62,750 bases of DNA, filler included, from Basidiobolus ranarum (GCA_040143965.1; 48 parts of 48 records of this genome joined end to end with filler, not necessarily neighbours in it), one strand, 5' to 3'. Shown: positions 35,413 through 48,764, counted from the whole stretch's first letter. Notes: generated by a model from the letters alone, not told the origin. Made by a program: numbers and translations.

Positions 35413-36621
35413 GAAAGCCAAACAACCATTTGGACATGAAGGCAGTTTAATTACTGAAGGATTATAAGTCATATGATTGACAAGTGTTTTCCACTTGTAC
35501 CAGGTCTGTGGCAAGCAACAGTTGCCAATCAACTGTGGTAAAAGTGTAAGAAAACCAATAAACACCTGGTTGCTAAGATTGGATTGAACTCTCCACTCCT
35601 CAATAATCAAAGCTGCTTCCTTTACTGTAAGTGTTATGAGTGGACTAATGTTTGCCAATAACAAAGAGTCCGTAACAAAACCGTTGTCTTCTTCTTCAAC
35701 TTCTGATATACTACCATTGGTACTGGAATAACCAAGGTCAACATCTAGCAGCAAGTCCTCAAAGTTGTCTGGACTTACTGGTTTGACCAAAGTTGCATCT
35801 TGACATACATCATTCTGCTCATATAACGTTGATAACTCCATGGTATCTTGACTTTTGGCATTGTTACCAAAACTTTGAGGCAAACTACCATCAATGGCCT
35901 CAATAGGAAAAACTAAAGTCAGATTTGTGCACTTATTACTGTTATCATACACCAGGCTTTGTGTAGCTGGTGGCTTTGTACAGTGACCATGCTTCTGATT
36001 ATTTTTTTTATGAAGCCTGTGGCTTTCATAGCACAAGAATTTGCAACAATAATAGCAGGGCTTCTTTAACCATTTGTTTTGTGGCATGAGAAGTATATTG
36101 TGGAAAAAAGAACACCTCCCACATAAGGGTGGTATTTTAAGTATAGCCCATCAATATCATCAGCTGATTCTGAGATGGTGTCACATATGAGTCATCAGGA
36201 GATTTGCAACATATTTCTGGTAATGGATGACAATTTTGGTTTATTATAAGCTGTTTCTGAGCAATTTCATTGCACCAAGTTTGCCATCTGAGAATTTCAA
36301 TGCCATTCAAAAAGCCTTCAAAATCTAAGTCAAACTTAGCTTACAAGCCAAAGCTTGCTGGCACAAAAGGAAAAAAACCAGCAAGAACAGAGGACTTAAT
36401 TGATGAGCAGTCTAGCAATCCACTATCAACTTTGAAAGGCATTAACATGCCGGAAACTAACTCAAGTAATGATTAGGTATTAATTAATTTGCCAAATGTG
36501 TTCCTTTCCAGCAATAGTGCCAGTAAAGAGATTGTAATCCCACAATTACATAGTAAATCAATAGTTGAGCAAAGTTCCACCAAACCCCCATCAAGCCCAG
36601 CAACTGCCAAAAGGCCTTCTT
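35413..36621. mobile_element. CACTA/CMC centre: transposase start (ATG 36087, minus) and ORF2 start (ATG ~36300, plus)
   Basis: MPQNKWLKKPCYYCCKFLC...CPNGCLAF is open for about 225 codons; MPFKKPSKSKS starts on the opposite strand. Confidence 0.9.
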
Positions 36622-36883
36622 NNNNNNNNNNNNNNNNNNNNNNNNNNNNNNNNNNNNNNNNNNNNTTAATTAATTAANNNNNNNNNNNNNNNNNNNNNNN
36701 NNNNNNNNNNNNNNNNNNNNNACCAGTTAGAGAGTCACTCAGCAATGATACAAGACCTTCAGAATGCTGTACTTGAGCTACAGCAACATGCTGCTCCCTC
36801 CATCTATTCTCATACAGGATTTCAATCAATACCACACCATACATATGAACAGCACCATGACAATCTAGCAGAGCAGAATATGT

Positions 36884-37929
36884 TATTGGGAAAACATGGG
36901 CTGTTTGGAGGAACTTTAGAAAAGTGGAGTTGTGAATAGCTTTGTGAGATAATTATTCATTGTCCAGAAATAAAGCATTTATACATTTTGGAGGAAATAC
37001 TGAAAACTAACACTGGGGTTGTGTTCAGAATATCTGTGGGAGTAAAATGAGCTATCTTTGGGGCAACTTGGATAAGCTTGAAATTTTCAATATGGAATTG
37101 CTAATTCTCACATTATTCCCATATATATAATTTATGTTCCAATTTTCAGTTAAGTGATATTTGACTAAGTAATCTTAACTAATTTATATTTGATATATGA
37201 GATAGTTAGGTGTATAAAGATAGAGATAACAAATATGATAAAGACAATAAACTTCAACACTCCCACTCAACTAAATATTCATATATCTTAATCCTAACTT
37301 AAATCATAAACTTTCAAATTTTGGCTTGGGTAATGGTTTGGTAAGGATGTCAGCAATCATGTCCTCAGTTGGACAGTACTCCAGTGGGATGTGCTTATTC
37401 TCAATAGCTTCCCTACCAAAGTTATGTTGAATATCAATGTGCTACTTCTAGCATGGAATTTGCGTTTTTTAGCTAAAGAAACACAACTTTGCTTAAACTT
37501 GAAAATCATGGTTGGTGAACTTTGAAAAATGCCTAAGTCTTTGAACAGCTTCCTTAACCACATTGCTTCCTCTGTTGTATGTGATGCTGCCATGTACTCT
37601 GCTTCAGTTGTTGAAAGTGCTACAGTGGGTTGATTCTTGCTATTCCAAGATATGGCTGCTTCACTATAGAGAAAGGTATATCCAGTGATAGATCTTCTGT
37701 CCTCTCTATCACATCCCCAATCAGCTACACTAAACCCAATTTGATCCTCATTCTCATAAGAATATATGTATCTTAATCCCAGAGCAATTGTCCTCTTCAA
37801 ATATCTGAAAATCCACTTAACTGCTGCATAATGCTCAGATCCTGGGTTTTGCACATGTTGGCTGACTACTCCCACTGCAAAAGAGATATCTGGCTGGGTT
37901 CCAGTCATAGCATAGGTCAAAATACTTTC
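36884..37929 (-). mobile_element. Ty1/copia family B RT/RNase H, polypurine tract and complete 3' LTR-B (36884-37259), inserted in CACTA ORF2 (36722-36883)
   Basis: ADWGCDREDRRSITGY, SWNSKNQPTVALSTTEAEYMA; GTTGAGTGGGAG-TGTTGAAG. Confidence 0.93.
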
Positions 37930-38029
37930 NNNNNNNNNNNNNNNNNNNNNNNNNNNNNNNNNNNNNNNNNNNNTTAATTAATTAANNNNNNNNNNNNNNN
38001 NNNNNNNNNNNNNNNNNNNNNNNNNNNNN

Positions 38030-39237
38030 GTCTTGGCGGAAATACACTATGTGTGGGATGACATGATTGGTCAGGTTTCATGGAATGTTCCAAAGCACAT
38101 GACTTCCATATAAGGTAAGCTGGATGAACTGACACAAGATTGCCAAGAAGGGATGGCATAGCAGATATGAAATCATAATCTAATTATAGAAGAGTTCTAT
38201 TTGCAGTAGATCAGCATGCCGAGATCAGAATTGTGACACTTTACACAGTTGCTATATCTGCCTGAGATCTGCCAGTTCAAGCTGATGCCATAAGAACATA
38301 TCAACAATATTGACAAACCACTCCCAATGTTGCAAAGACATATCAGGTGGATATCTTTTCAAGATTCTACTTGAATATATAAAAATTTAATACTTTGAGT
38401 CTTGGCATTTGAATTAACACCTAGATGAGTGGATATTGATGGGAGTCCTGGTAAAATATGATGGTATCTTCATGTTTTCAAGCATTTTCCAAATTAATTG
38501 AAACTTTGATCCTATCTCAAATGGGTCATTCATATTTTATTTTCCACTATATAGCTGAGTAATTAGTATTGGAATGTTGTTGAATAGTAAGTACATTGTG
38601 CCTAATGGGAAGCTCTGGCTCCAGCTGATCCCCTTTAGCAATATAATCTTAGACTTATGGCTAATACCAAGTTTGATGTTAGCCTACTATTAGGTGAATT
38701 TATATCAGTGATCATGTTGAAATATGTCCAAGCTCTTGATGATAAAATGACAGATTTTAGTTTTGTATTTGGTTAGTTGTAATGTTTATGCCTGATGGAG
38801 TAAGCTCCATCAATTTGCCACAATCTACAGAAAGATAATGCATTGTGCCTGCAAAAACCTTTAAGTTTATGGAAGGCAGGACCCTAACAAAAATAAAATC
38901 AATTTGATCCAGATTAGATCCACCTTTCTAAATCACAAACCCATCAGAAAACCATTACAGTATTGGTGCCTTGCATTCTGCCAGTCATTTTGCTGATGTA
39001 CTCGCAGTTTCTTGATGGTATTTTGATGTTATTCATATATGCTAGAATATTGATCCACATATTTGGTGTGCATTATAAGTATCTGGCAATTTTTGCAAAA
39101 TATATTTTTCAAATTGTAAATTACTGGGTTTACTGCTGTAGGAATTTGAATTAACATACATGCCTTTATTTAGATATTTTAGGCTTTGTACTCCAGCCAT
39201 AATGAGAATCAAAAAATACAAGAATCTTGTTATGTAT
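38030..39237 (-). mobile_element. Nested block: LTR-D end (38030-38238), CACTA transposase (38239-38881), transposase-side terminus of a second copy (38882-39237)
   Basis: ...GAATTGTGACA; ISWSQSFPLGTM; CCCTAACAAAAATAAAATC. Confidence 0.87.
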
Positions 39238-39337
39238 NNNNNNNNNNNNNNNNNNNNNNNNNNNNNNNNNNNNNNNNNNNNTTAATTAATTAANNNNNNN
39301 NNNNNNNNNNNNNNNNNNNNNNNNNNNNNNNNNNNNN

Positions 39338-40545
39338 TATCTCACCAAGAAGTCTGTCTTGCAGCATTCTTAAAAATAATGTCATATTATCAAACAAGCA
39401 AATTAGTGTGATTATAGAGGTATTTAATCAATGTGCATGGATTGGGCTTTGTTGCTGTTATTGTGCTCAAACAATGCAAAAACCCATGAGCACATTGAAA
39501 AGAGCTCTTTGTTGGCAGATTAATATACTCTGGAGTCTCCTTACACCATGGCATTACATCCATCACTGATTTTGCCAATACATTGTTAATTAGATTAGCA
39601 TACCGTAATACTGACAATTTCACACAGAGCATCAATTCACCACAGGTGTGCTCCATTGGGAACTCCTGGAAAGTATAGCAAGGGCCTATAATCACTAAGC
39701 ATTGTGAAAGATACAGCAGGGAATGTATAGAATACTGGCATAGGTTCATTCTATCATCTTTCAATGTGTAATAAAGTTTTTCATATCCAATTACAAAATT
39801 TTTGCACAGTTTCTATATTTGCCTGAGATCTGCCAATGTGATTTGATGCCATGAGAATATATTAACAATATTCACAAACTACTCCCAATGTTACCAATAC
39901 TTATCAGGCAGAAATCTTTTTAAGATTCCACTTAAATATATACAAATACAATACTTGCAGTCTTTGCATTTGAATAAATGCTAGAAGATTGGGTATTGAT
40001 GGGAGCCCTGGTAAAATATGATGGTATCTTGACCTTTTCAAGCATCTTTCCAATCAATTCAAACTTTGATTATATCTCAAATGGCTTATTCATATTAAAT
40101 TTTCCACTATATAGCTGAGTAAGTCGTTTCAAAATGTTGTTGAATAGTAAGTGCATAATGCCTAATGGGAAGCTCTAGCTCAAGCTGATCCCCTTTAGTA
40201 ATGTACTCTTGGGCTTGTGGCTGATACCAAGTTTGATGTTAGACTGACTATTTGGTGAATTGATATCAGTGATCATGTTGAAATCTAACTGGGCTCTTGA
40301 CAGTAAGATCATGGAGTTTAGTGTTGTATTTGGATAGTAGTGATGCATATGCATGACAGAGTAAGCTCCATTGATTTGACAAAATCTACAGCATGATAAT
40401 GCATGGTGCCCACACAAACCTCCAAGTCTACTGATGGCAGGGGTGTCACCAATACATACATTGCTATTAGCTTTAATAAATTACTCACCCTTCTGAACCC
40501 CATTTGATAACCGTTCAAATTCCCCAATCAAAGGCTCCAAGAAGC
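39338..40545 (-). mobile_element. CACTA/CMC transposase (decayed)
   Basis: CGHHALSCCRFC; HSLLYL...GPCYTFQEFPMEHTCG. Confidence 0.92.
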
Positions 40546-40645
40546 NNNNNNNNNNNNNNNNNNNNNNNNNNNNNNNNNNNNNNNNNNNNTTAATTAATTA
40601 ANNNNNNNNNNNNNNNNNNNNNNNNNNNNNNNNNNNNNNNNNNNN

Positions 40646-41853
40646 CTGAATCAGGTAAATATTGTTCATATTTGGCTTACGTACTGTTGATTCCCCATCT
40701 TAAAGTTTTGATGAAGTCACCTAAATATCGATCATTGATCCAATATCAAAGTACTCACTGTAAATCTGATGGTATTACCACTATACATGATGGATATCAC
40801 TACCAGAATCTGAAAAGTCAAGGTTTCTTTGAGAACACAGACGATCATGCATTTGCATTGGCTCTGGATGGTTTCTCACTAAACCAATATGCTCTTGGAA
40901 AGGCTTGCTGGCCAATAATTTTAATCAACTTAAATCTTCCTCCTTTGGAATGGTATAAGAGTCATAATATTTTGATACTATTCATCATATTTGGACCTAA
41001 ATCACCAGTGCTTATAGATAGCTTCTTAGAGCGTTTGATTGCAGAGTTTGAATGCTTATCTAAAGGGGTTCAGATGGGTGAATATTTATTGAAGCCAATA
41101 TCATTGTATGTATTAATGACACTCCTCCCATCAGTAAACTTGGAGGTTTTTGCAGTACAATGCACTATCTTGCTGTAGATTTTGTCAAATCAGTGGAGTT
41201 GACTCTGATAGGCATGCTCATTACTACTATCCAATTACAACACTAAACATCATGATTTTACTGTCAAGAGCCTAGTCAGATTTCAATATGATCACTGCTG
41301 TCAATTCGCCAAATGGTTAGTCTAACGTCAAACTTGGTATTGGGTGTAAGCCTAAGATTATATTGCTAACAGGGATCAGCTGGAGCCAGAGCTTCCCATT
41401 AGGCACTGTGCACTTACTATTTAATAACATTCCAATACTACTAACTCAGCTATATAGTGGAAAATTCAATATGAATGAGCCATTTGAGATCGGATCAAAG
41501 TTTGAATCAATTCGGAAAATCCTTGAAAATGTCAAGATACCATCCTATTTTACCAGGACTCCCATCAATATCCACTCATCTAGGCATTTATTCCAATCCA
41601 AAGACTGTAAGTATTGAATTTGTATATATTCAAGTGGGCTTTTGAAAAGATTTCTACCGGATTTGTACATATTCAAGTGGAGCCATGAGGAGATTTGTGC
41701 CAGATATATATTGGCAACATTGGGAGGTGTTTGTGGATATTGTTAATATATTCTTAAGGCATCAACTCACATTGGCGGATCTCAGGCATACACAGCAACA
41801 GTGCAAAGATCTTGTAATGGGTTATGAAAAACTTTATTACAGGTTTAAAGAAG
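40646..41853 (+). mobile_element. CACTA/CMC transposase (decayed)
   Basis: LALDGF...CWPIILINLNLPP...GPKSPVLIDSFL; SFPLGTVHLLFNNI. Confidence 0.92.
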
Positions 41854-43260
41854 NNNNNNNNNNNNNNNNNNNNNNNNNNNNNNNNNNNNNNNNNNNNTTA
41901 ATTAATTAANNNNNNNNNNNNNNNNNNNNNNNNNNNNNNNNNNNNNNNNNNNNATCTAAACTTCATTGACTTGCTTTTTCCTTGTGGTTTCATTGCCTTT
42001 GATGTGAGGTCAATAGCGGCTCCCCATACTACTTCTTTATTCAAGTGGCTGATGGTAGAATTCTTTAAAATTCGAGTACTAAGCCGAGAGGTTTAAAAGG
42101 TAATTAATTGTCTTGTTATGGTAACACGTGAAGGATATCTTTATCGGGTTACAGTCACGCATATTCTCTTCCCTTACAACTATGATCTATACTTTAGTAA
42201 AGTCAGACAACCCAAATTAAGCATGTGTCTTTAACGCTGCCTACTCTTTAATACCATACATTCTGGAACAGACATAGCCATTGAGATATTCAGCAGGCAA
42301 TACTAGCATCTTAGGTACTATGATAGGTGCCTATTGAAGAAGGATGGGCAGAAGGAAGAGAGGGGGCAATTATCGGCCATTATTTGATTCATTCCATGAA
42401 ACATTCATTGATAGAAACGGTGAAAAGGCCCTGTTGGTATATCAAACCAACTAGCACGAACTTACAGAGAGAAGCAAAGAATTATACGCTCATCGTTATA
42501 AATTAGGTTAGCCAAGCGGAGTTTTAGAGACCGTGTGCTGTCACAAAATGAGGGCTAGGAGGTGTTATTCTCTAGTTTCTTGGTAAATTGAGATTGGACT
42601 AATTATTACATCTTTTTGGACAGAGTAACAAATGGATAATAAAAGTTTAGATTCGATATTTTTTGAGAAGTATTTGAGTGTTCTGAAATTACCATCAGCA
42701 GTCAAGGTTTATGGCTAATTTGATCATCTATGTGATTCATAGACGCGATATTAGTCGCAATATGTATATATGTGTGTAATGGTGTGTTTGTTTCCTCAAA
42801 GTGGATGAGTTTGAGTTAGGAGAGAGAGTCTGGTCTGATTATATACCCACCACACTCTCATACTAGCATTCACAAACGTAATAAGACGACTATGAGATAA
42901 GTGAACAAAAAAATTGTAGACAAATTGTGTAACTCATTGCTGTAATTAATCAGTTTTTTTTGAGAGTATATGCTTAACAAACTTTTCTATCCCTAAACCA
43001 AAAAAGAGGTCAATTCGTCTTTTCTCTTTATGGAACCACCTCTAAAGATTATAGCAGTCAAGAGCTCAATCGCTGGTATTGGGTGGAAGTCACAATATGT
43101 TCCACAACTCATGTCACTTGTAGCTAACGTTCATATCCTTGTGTCACATACGTTTTCCTTNNNNNNNNNNNNNNNNNNNNNNNNNNNNNNNNNNNNNNNN
43201 NNNNTTAATTAATTAANNNNNNNNNNNNNNNNNNNNNNNNNNNNNNNNNNNNNNNNNNNN

Positions 43261-43576
43261 AGACTCAAAATCATGCAGGAAAGACATGACTCACCACTAG
43301 CAGGACACTTTGGTGTTGCCAAATCATATATGTTGGTATCAAGGGATTATTGGTGGCCCAAAATGTTTGCAGTTGTCAAGACTTATGTTTTGACCTTTGA
43401 TACTTGTGCTCACAGCCTCTTCCAATTCCTGATCAGCAGTGGAAATCCATATCCCTGGATTTCATAACTGATCTACCCTTGTCTGCCAAATATGATTCAA
43501 TTCTGGCAATTGTTGACAATCTAACAAAGATGGCCCACTTTGTGCCCTGCAACAAGTCAATTGATGCAAAACAAAC
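43261..43576 (+). mobile_element. Ty3/gypsy integrase N-terminal fragment
   Basis: HDSPLAGHFG...[29 protein letters not shown]...[10 protein letters not shown]. Confidence 0.92.
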
Positions 43577-44467
43577 GCTCTTTTCAAAGTGCTCATGGGT
43601 TTTTGCATTGTTTGAGCACAATAACAGCACCAAACCCCAATCCATGGACACAGAGTAAATACCTCTATAATTTGGACTAATTTGTTTGTGTAATAATCCA
43701 ATGGTCTTTCTAGGAAAGCTGCAAGACAGACTTCTTGGTGACATAGATTGAGATACACAGTATTATTGTTTTAGAAATGAAGTATTCTTTTGAAGCAATG
43801 ACTCATCTACTTGTGCCAGGACAATTGTTGACTTCAAGTTGGGGATATATAGGCTGAATTCTTTATGGAAATTTTCCAAAATCGAAGAGCTTATTCTCAT
43901 TATGAATGGTAACAAGAGTTGGTTATTTACTAAGTGTCAGTGCTATACAAAATTTCAGATGCTTAGCAATTTTCCACCATTAGTTTGCTGGTAAAGCATA
44001 TTAATGTTTTTGAGTTATGTCTAATCAGTCAAGTATGTGCATATATAGAGACTAAATACAATGAGATTCTTGTACTTTTTGATTCTCATTATGGCTTGAA
44101 TACAAAGCAAAGATATCTAAATAATGACCTCTAACAGAAATTTGAGGATTGTTATTGTAGGAAAACTGTCACAATTTTAATCCATTTGGGATTGACCGTG
44201 TACTTACCATCATAAAATCTTCAAGTTAGATTTGTTTTTAATCAACTTTTTCAGTTTCAGGGGTGAAATTTCAAGATCTTGCAAAATAGTTGTGCATGAT
44301 TGGCTAAAATCTCAGACAACTATGGATCAACACATGTGCAAAAAACGTAACTCAAATTTACACAATTACCACTTGAACACTAATTTGTCACCTTTGAAAT
44401 CCCTAGTCTCTTTGATATATTCTCCTGAATATTTTTATAGAGTTCTTCATACCCAAGGTTTAGCTCA
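43577..44467. mobile_element. CACTA transposase 3' region with an ORF2-side terminus of another copy inserted at 44129
   Basis: Homology to 24075-24810, then CTCTAACAGAAATTTGAGG. Confidence 0.85.
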
Positions 44468-44567
44468 NNNNNNNNNNNNNNNNNNNNNNNNNNNNNNNNN
44501 NNNNNNNNNNNTTAATTAATTAANNNNNNNNNNNNNNNNNNNNNNNNNNNNNNNNNNNNNNNNNNNN

Positions 44568-45774
44568 TGATGACAAAAATCAATTTTCTCCTGATCCAAT
44601 CATTCAAATTGATTCAAACCAAAACAATGAAGAAAATAGCATTCCTGTGGACCCTTCAACCAAAATTTTGCCTACTGACGTGCCCAATACAATGCCCGAA
44701 GTTGTAGTACCTTCATCCCAAACCAGTAGATCAAATCACATCTGAAATAGCCCTGATTACTACATCAATGAGTCCCAAAATTAGGGCTATGGCTGCACAG
44801 CTCAAACACAAGAACCTCAGTCTGCAAAAGAGGCCCTGAATGGCTTTCACATACAATCTTTGAAATCTGCAATGGCTGATGAGTACCAGGCTTTGATTGT
44901 TATTAAACTTGGATTTTAACCAAGTTACCAGGTGATAGAAAATCAATTGGCTGCCAATCGGAGATTAAAGTTAAATATAACTTTGATGGCAATATAGAAA
45001 GATACAGGGATAGACTAATAGCCAAAGGCTATTCCTAAACACCAGGAATAGATTATACAAAAACTTTTGCTCCTGTAGTAGAGCTTAATTTAATTAGATT
45101 GATTTTAGCAATTTCAGCTAAATATCAGTTTATTATAAATCAAATGAATGTGCAAGCTGCTTTTTTGAATGGTGAGCTTGCTAGGGAGATCTATATTGAC
45201 CAGCTAGATGGATGTGTGGAACCAGAAAACCCTAAAAAAAGTTTGCAGACTCTGGAAAACACTTAATGGCTTAAAACAATGTCTGAGAGCTTGGGATAGC
45301 AAGATAGATGCTTTTTTGGAAGCACCCAAATTCCAAAAGAGTATTACTGACTATATTATCTACTTTAGGTCAGATAAGACAAACCCAGTCTTATTAGCCT
45401 TAAATGTAGATGACATCATTATAGCAACCAATGAGTTGAAGACTTGGGAGAAAATCAAATTGATTGTATCTGCCAAATTCAAAATGAGTGATCTTAGTGA
45501 ACTTATGTACTATCTTGGAATCCAAGTTAAGACAGATAGAACTACAAAGACAATAACTCTAAACCAGCCTAAGTATATCCTAGATATACTAAGGAAGTTT
45601 AAACTGGAAGAGTGTAATCCAGTATCTACTCCAATGGAGACAAATCTTAACTTACCAAAAATGGCGCAAATCAGGCATTTTTGGATTCAAAAGAAAGCTA
45701 GAAATTTCCTTATCAATCTATGGTTGGTAGTTTGATGTATATCATGGTTGGAACATGGCCAGATATTGCATATT
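44568..45774 (+). mobile_element. Ty1/copia family A RT (decayed)
   Basis: QMNVQAAFLNGEL, LALNVDDIII, YYLGIQV, PVSTPME. Confidence 0.92.
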
Positions 45775-45874
45775 NNNNNNNNNNNNNNNNNNNNNNNNNN
45801 NNNNNNNNNNNNNNNNNNTTAATTAATTAANNNNNNNNNNNNNNNNNNNNNNNNNNNNNNNNNNNNNNNNNNNN

Positions 45875-47081
45875 TGACAAATTAGCGTTCAAGTGGTAAT
45901 TGTGTAAGATTTGAGTTACGTTTTGCACATGTGTTGATCCATAGTTCTCTGAGATTTTAGCCAATCATTTGCAACTATTTTGCAATATCTTGAAATTTCA
46001 CTCCTGAAACTGAAAAAATTGATTAAAATCAAATCTAACTTGATGATTTTATGACGGTAAGAAAACAGTCAATCCCAAATGGATTAAAATTGTGACAGTT
46101 TTCCTACAATAACAATCCTAAATTTTCTGTTAGGGAGTGTCACACTACCAGCACATATGTAATAATAAAGGTGCTTGAGGAGTATGTTCAAATTATGAAG
46201 GGAAAAATGCAGTCCAAGTATGCAGAAAGTGGCTTCAGAAAAAGAACATTCAACTTGACATTCAGTCTGGTGTTGACTGTGCAGATATTTGGGAAGAAAG
46301 TAATACAGAGTGGTCCAGTACTGAAAGGTATCTGCCATATAGCTAGAAGAATGTTGTTTCAGCAACATTGTTACAATGTGGGCTTTGATTGAGATATTTT
46401 TACAAGCTTGTGCTGGATGTGGGCTAAACTATGGGTATGAAGAGTTTTTTAGACATATTTGTGAGAATATATCAAACAAACTAGGGTTTCTTAAGGTGAC
46501 AAATTAGCATTCAAGGGATAAATATTAAAATTGGAGTTATGTTTCTTACACATCTGTTGATCCATAGTTCTCTGGCATTGTAGCCAATCTTATGCAACTA
46601 TTTTGTAAGATCTTGAAATGTCACTCCCAAAACTGAAAAAATTGAATAAAATCAAATTTGACTTGACAAATTTATGATGGTAAGCAAGTGGTCAATCAAA
46701 AATGGATCAACATTGTGTTGCTTTTTAGATTACAATTCTGATGGTTTTCTTATAGCAACAATCCTCTAATTTCTGTTAGGGATTAGGCACTATTCATGTA
46801 CTATTCAACAACATTCCAATACTACATACTCAGCTATATAGTGGAAATTTCAATATGATTGTGCCATTCAAGAGCAGATCAAAGTTTGAATCAATTGAAA
46901 AAAATCTTGGAAACATTAAGATACAATCTTATTTTTATGGAAGTTAGCATCGCCTGTCATGATTCTGATCTTGGCATACTGATCCACTACAAATAGAACT
47001 TCTCTATTGTTAGATTATGACATCACATCTGCTGTGCCATCTCTTCTTGGCAATCTTGTGTTAGTTTATCCAGATTACCTT
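45875..47081. mobile_element. Stacked CACTA/CMC ORF2-side termini (ending 46135 and 46781), transposase fragment (46782-~46940) and LTR-D start (46955-47081, +)
   Basis: Two ...TTTCTGTTAGGG ends, each abutting internal element sequence; TGTCATGATTCTGATC. Confidence 0.85.
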
Positions 47082-47181
47082 NNNNNNNNNNNNNNNNNNN
47101 NNNNNNNNNNNNNNNNNNNNNNNNNTTAATTAATTAANNNNNNNNNNNNNNNNNNNNNNNNNNNNNNNNNNNNNNNNNNNN

Positions 47182-47852
47182 TGGATCATATTGCTATTGA
47201 TCTAGCTGGACCTTTCACAACCAGTGATGATGGAAATCACTACCTCTTTGTGATAGTAGATGTTTGTATGCATTTTGTTCTTCTCAAAGCTCTACCAGAC
47301 AAATTTGCTACTACCATTGCCCAAGCCTTATTCAAGCTATTCTGCTTCTTTGGATTTCTCAAAATCATTCTATCAGATAATGGAACTGCATTTGTAACCA
47401 AGTCATCAAAGAACTCTGCCGTAACTCTGCCATTGATCACAGAGTGATGACTTCATATTATCCTAATGCTAATGGACTTGCAGAAAGACATTTTCAAACC
47501 TCTGTGAACATAATCCTTAAATCCATCAAGGGAGTGAAGAAGAAATGGGACAAGTCAATCCCAATGGTTCAATATGCTATCAACACCAAGATTGCTGCAC
47601 TCCATGGATCCACTCTGTTCTCACTTATGTTTGGAAGAATGTTCAACCAACTACAGAACTATCTAGATGTTCTACTCAAACCAATTAGCACTGAAGACTT
47701 AATCAAACATCTTCAATTTCTAACAGATATAGTCAACCCTGGAATCACCTCAAGAAGCAAAAATAGTCAACAAAAGATGATATCTAAGCACACTTCTAGG
47801 CACAAGACCACTAGTTTTCCTCAAGGTTCTTTTGTCATGACTTTTGATTATT
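47182..47852 (+). mobile_element. Ty3/gypsy integrase core (decayed)
   Basis: DHIAIDLAGPF, ILSDNGTAF, YYPNANGLAER, SLMFGR. Confidence 0.92.
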
Positions 47853-48075
47853 TGTAGAGTCACAATATTCATAACCAATGATCTTTCACTGCCAAGACTT
47901 CAGCTGATGTATGACTCACTTATCTATCTATCTATCTATTGTATCACATTGTGTATCAGAATTAGTCATCTAATATCTTGGTTCTGACTAATTCACTTTG
48001 CTATCAAAAAGTATGAATAAAGCTAACTGAACCTTTTGGCTTAGTATGTGTCTTAACAAGTATAGTATCTTAACA
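47853..48075 (+). repeat. Candidate short LTR-G interrupting the integrase
   Basis: TGTAGAG...CTTAACA with AATAAA and a (CTAT)n run. Only one copy in the window. Confidence 0.4.
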
Positions 48076-48764
48076 CTTCTCAGTGTGTGTCAAAAAATAT
48101 AGGATCTCAACACTTCTCAGTGTTTCTTGACAAATTCAGTATTCCCCCTCATTTCTATTGAAGCCTAATATCCACTAACACCTACAAAATACTAAGCCTA
48201 GCTGCCTAGCAAACCCACTCTGAACAATGAAATAGCTACCCACTGCTATTCCCAAGACATATGTTAGTTAGATCTGCTCTGCTGATATACCCTGCTTAAA
48301 CAGTTCTAAGATTCTGCACTTGGCTGTTTCTTTGGTTTGGTAAAGTTCAAGACTTTTTATCCATTTTTCTCTTGGACACAATAAATAGNNNNNNNNNNNN
48401 NNNNNNNNNNNNNNNNNNNNNNNNNNNNNNNNTTAATTAATTAANNNNNNNNNNNNNNNNNNNNNNNNNNNNNNNNNNNNNNNNNNNNTAATTTTCTGAC
48501 CAATCATATACCTAAGAAATATCCTACTCTCAATCTGGCTGATATGGGATACAATCAATTATTGGAAGCATGCAATCAATCACAACAAGTATTCAATCAA
48601 TCACAAAATTCAGGCAATCAGGTCTCAGACATGCTACCAAGTGGAAATCAGAAACATCCTGTAAGTGACACATCTGACCATTCTACCAAAGACTTTGGAT
48701 ATCTCAAATCAAAGCATAAAATCAACAGTTTCAATTCAGAAAAAGGGTGGAATATATCTGCACA

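Noticed and set aside
43030-43160. MEPPLKIIAVKSSIAGIG as the start of an FAD-binding monooxygenase followed by an intron
   Set aside because: The GxGxxG motif is absent and the contig ends, so support is too thin.
48067-48125. Direct repeat T(C/T)AACACTTCTCAGTGT with a short spacer
   Set aside because: Only two units next to a candidate LTR end; a local duplication, not an array.
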